Origin: an uncultured Acidobacteriia bacterium
Lineage (GTDB): Bacteria > Acidobacteriota > Terriglobia > Bryobacterales > Bryobacteraceae
DNA length: 36,569 nucleotides
Reading direction: 5' to 3'
Assembly: GCA_903893525.1 (NCBI GenBank)
Contig: CAITMP010000339.1
Coordinates: 1-36,569 of the forward strand
Of this stretch, positions 35,286 to 36,569 are shown piece by piece. The notes under the pieces are model-generated. The model did no database searches. It saw only the letters and a list, made by a program, of their open reading frames with translations, and had not been told where the DNA came from. The position numbers and the translations under genes are program-made. Position 1 is the first letter of the stretch. Every line of letters begins with the position of its first letter.

Positions 35286-36569
35286 CGATTCGCAGTATAT
35301 GGCACTCTCAGCTTCTGGACGGCAGGCGGCTCATCCAGAATCGTCCAGGCAAAGGCGAAGTTCATTCTTGCCACCGACGGCGAGACGCTGGAGGCCGAGG
35401 AACTGGTCTCCGGCGAAACAATCGCCCCGGCCTACCGCGATTTTGCCGCGCACTTCGGCTTCTTCCTCCCGCTGGCGGGAATCTCCACGGTCAAGGAGAT
35501 CAAGGACAATCCCATCGATGTCCGCGCCACCGGCCGCCTCAACAAGCTCTACATCGAACTCCTGAGGGACAACCCCGAGTGGGCCTCCGAGACGCGCCGC
35601 CATGACATGAACCACTTCATGTCACGCCTGATCTTCTGCTTTTTCGCCGAGGATACGGACATTTTCTGCGGCGAGGGCCTGTTTACCCGGACCGTGGATC
35701 AAATGAGCGCCAGTGACGGCTCCAACACCCATGAAGTGATCGGGGCAGTCTTCCGCGCCATGAATACCAGGATCGCGGACCGCGCGACCTCGAAACTGCC
35801 CGGTTGGGCCGACCAATTCCCCTATGTCAATGGCGGGCTGTTTTCAGGGAGTACCGATGTGCCGCACTTTTCGCGGATCGCCCGTTCCTACCTGCTGCGT
35901 GCCGGGGAACTGAGTTGGCGGGAAATCAACCCGGACATTTTCGGCTCCATGATCCAGGCCGTCGCCGATGACGAGGAGCGCGGCGCACTCGGCATGCACT
36001 ACACCAGCGTGCCGAACATCCTGAAAGTGCTGAACCCGCTTTTTCTGGACGATCTCCGTACCCAGTTGGATGAGGCGGGACAGAATCCGCGCATGCTGCT
36101 GAACCTGCGCAAGCGGATGTCGAGAATCCGTGTCTTCGATCCCGCGTGCGGATCGGGCAACTTTCTGGTGATTGCCTACAAGCAGATGCGGGGGATTGAG
36201 GCGGAAATCAACCGGCGCAGGGGTGAAGGGGGGCTGCGCTCCGAGATGCACCTCACCAATTTCCGGGGTATTGAGCTGCGGGATTTCCCGGCGGAGATTG
36301 CACGGCTGGCGTTGATTATCGCCGAGTTCCAGTGCGATGTGTTGTATCGCGGCCCGTTGATTGCCCGCTCCGAATTTCTGCCGCTCAACACCAAGAACTG
36401 GATTACGTGTGCCAACGCGCTACGGCTGGACTGGCTGAGCATCTGCCCGCCTTCCGGTCGCGGTGTCAAGTTTGAGGCGGAGGACCTGTTTTCCACTCCG
36501 TTGGAGCAAGCCCAGATCGATTTCGACAACGAGGGCGGCGAGACATACATTTGCGGCAATCCTCCCTAC
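35286..36569 (+). CDS. MmeI/YeeA-like gamma-class N6-adenine DNA methyltransferase (type IIL RM-like); 3' end off the window; apparently 5'-truncated with no canonical start before 35607
   Basis: Absent from the ORF track because it runs off the right edge. My translation of the frame ending NPPY at 36558-36569 reads ...IVQAKAKFILATDGETLEAEELVSGETIAPAYRDFAAHFGFFLPLAGISTVKEIKDNPIDVRATGRLNKLYIELLRDNPEW...MNHFMSRLIFCFFAEDTDIF...FPYVNGGLFSG...INPDIFGSMIQAVADDEERGALGMHYTSVPNILKVLNPLFLDDL...IRVFDPACGSGNFLVIAYKQMR (motif I, 36132-36170)...FRGIELRDFPAEIARLALIIAEFQ...YICGNPPY (motif IV). The frame opens after TAG 35283-85. Confidence 0.85.

Noticed and set aside
35235-35291. 10-bp direct repeat GTAGCGATTC as a possible target-site duplication
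   Set aside because: My back-of-envelope expectation for a local 10-mer repeat within 50 bp somewhere in a 36-kb window is about one or more. No inverted terminal repeats or transposase are present.

Overview
This is a GC-rich, densely coding bacterial chromosomal segment. My inference is Acidobacteriota (Solibacter/Bryobacter-like), based on a PEP-CTERM sorting signal, an acidobacterial-type VWA protein, ECF-sigma/Ser-Thr-kinase pairing and a tricorn-like protease. About 37 protein genes are supported. I recognised no rRNA, tRNA, CRISPR array or transposase.

Gene content, left to right:
- lptD (partial, runs off the left edge and so is absent from the ORF track), an RDD/zinc-ribbon protein, an alpha/beta hydrolase and a tricorn-like S41 protease.
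- A Ser/Thr kinase (frame-broken), an STK-type ECF sigma and a second Ser/Thr kinase.
- A secreted hypothetical, rimI-like GNAT, DUF465 and Smr.
- A five-gene minus-strand operon: a PEP-CTERM ALK-like glycine-rich protein, a DsbA-like oxidoreductase and three collagen-like paralogues.
- VWA, tilS, ftsH, a HAD phosphatase and a VOC protein.
- An Rne/Rng ribonuclease with a ~490-aa charged insertion, then rodA and mrdA.
- A PG-binding protein, a small hypothetical, a SAM methyltransferase and a PPi-type phosphofructokinase.
- An aldo/keto reductase, four small secreted or unknown genes, and a palindrome-rich spacer.
- An MmeI/YeeA-like N6-adenine DNA methyltransferase that has no usable 5' start and runs off the right edge.

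The most unusual locus is 12.8-17.6 kb. It encodes three tandem collagen-like chains with matched lengths (51/51/52 uninterrupted G-X-Y triplets by hand count), each with the same N-terminal Cys-loop module and C-terminal beta-sandwich. They are co-transcribed with a dedicated DsbA and a PEP-CTERM-anchored polyglycine (ALK/LTK-GRD-like) protein, behind a triple direct repeat. I propose this is a dedicated surface-fibre module, possibly a heterotrimeric collagen.

Secondary points:
- A charge-block disordered insertion inside the S1 domain of the RNase.
- A +1 frame break in a kinase at a C4 run.
- A HAD gene whose catalytic DxD lies upstream of any canonical start codon.
- A truncated restriction-modification-like methyltransferase at a possible island junction.

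All family assignments come from motif recognition by eye. No searches were run.
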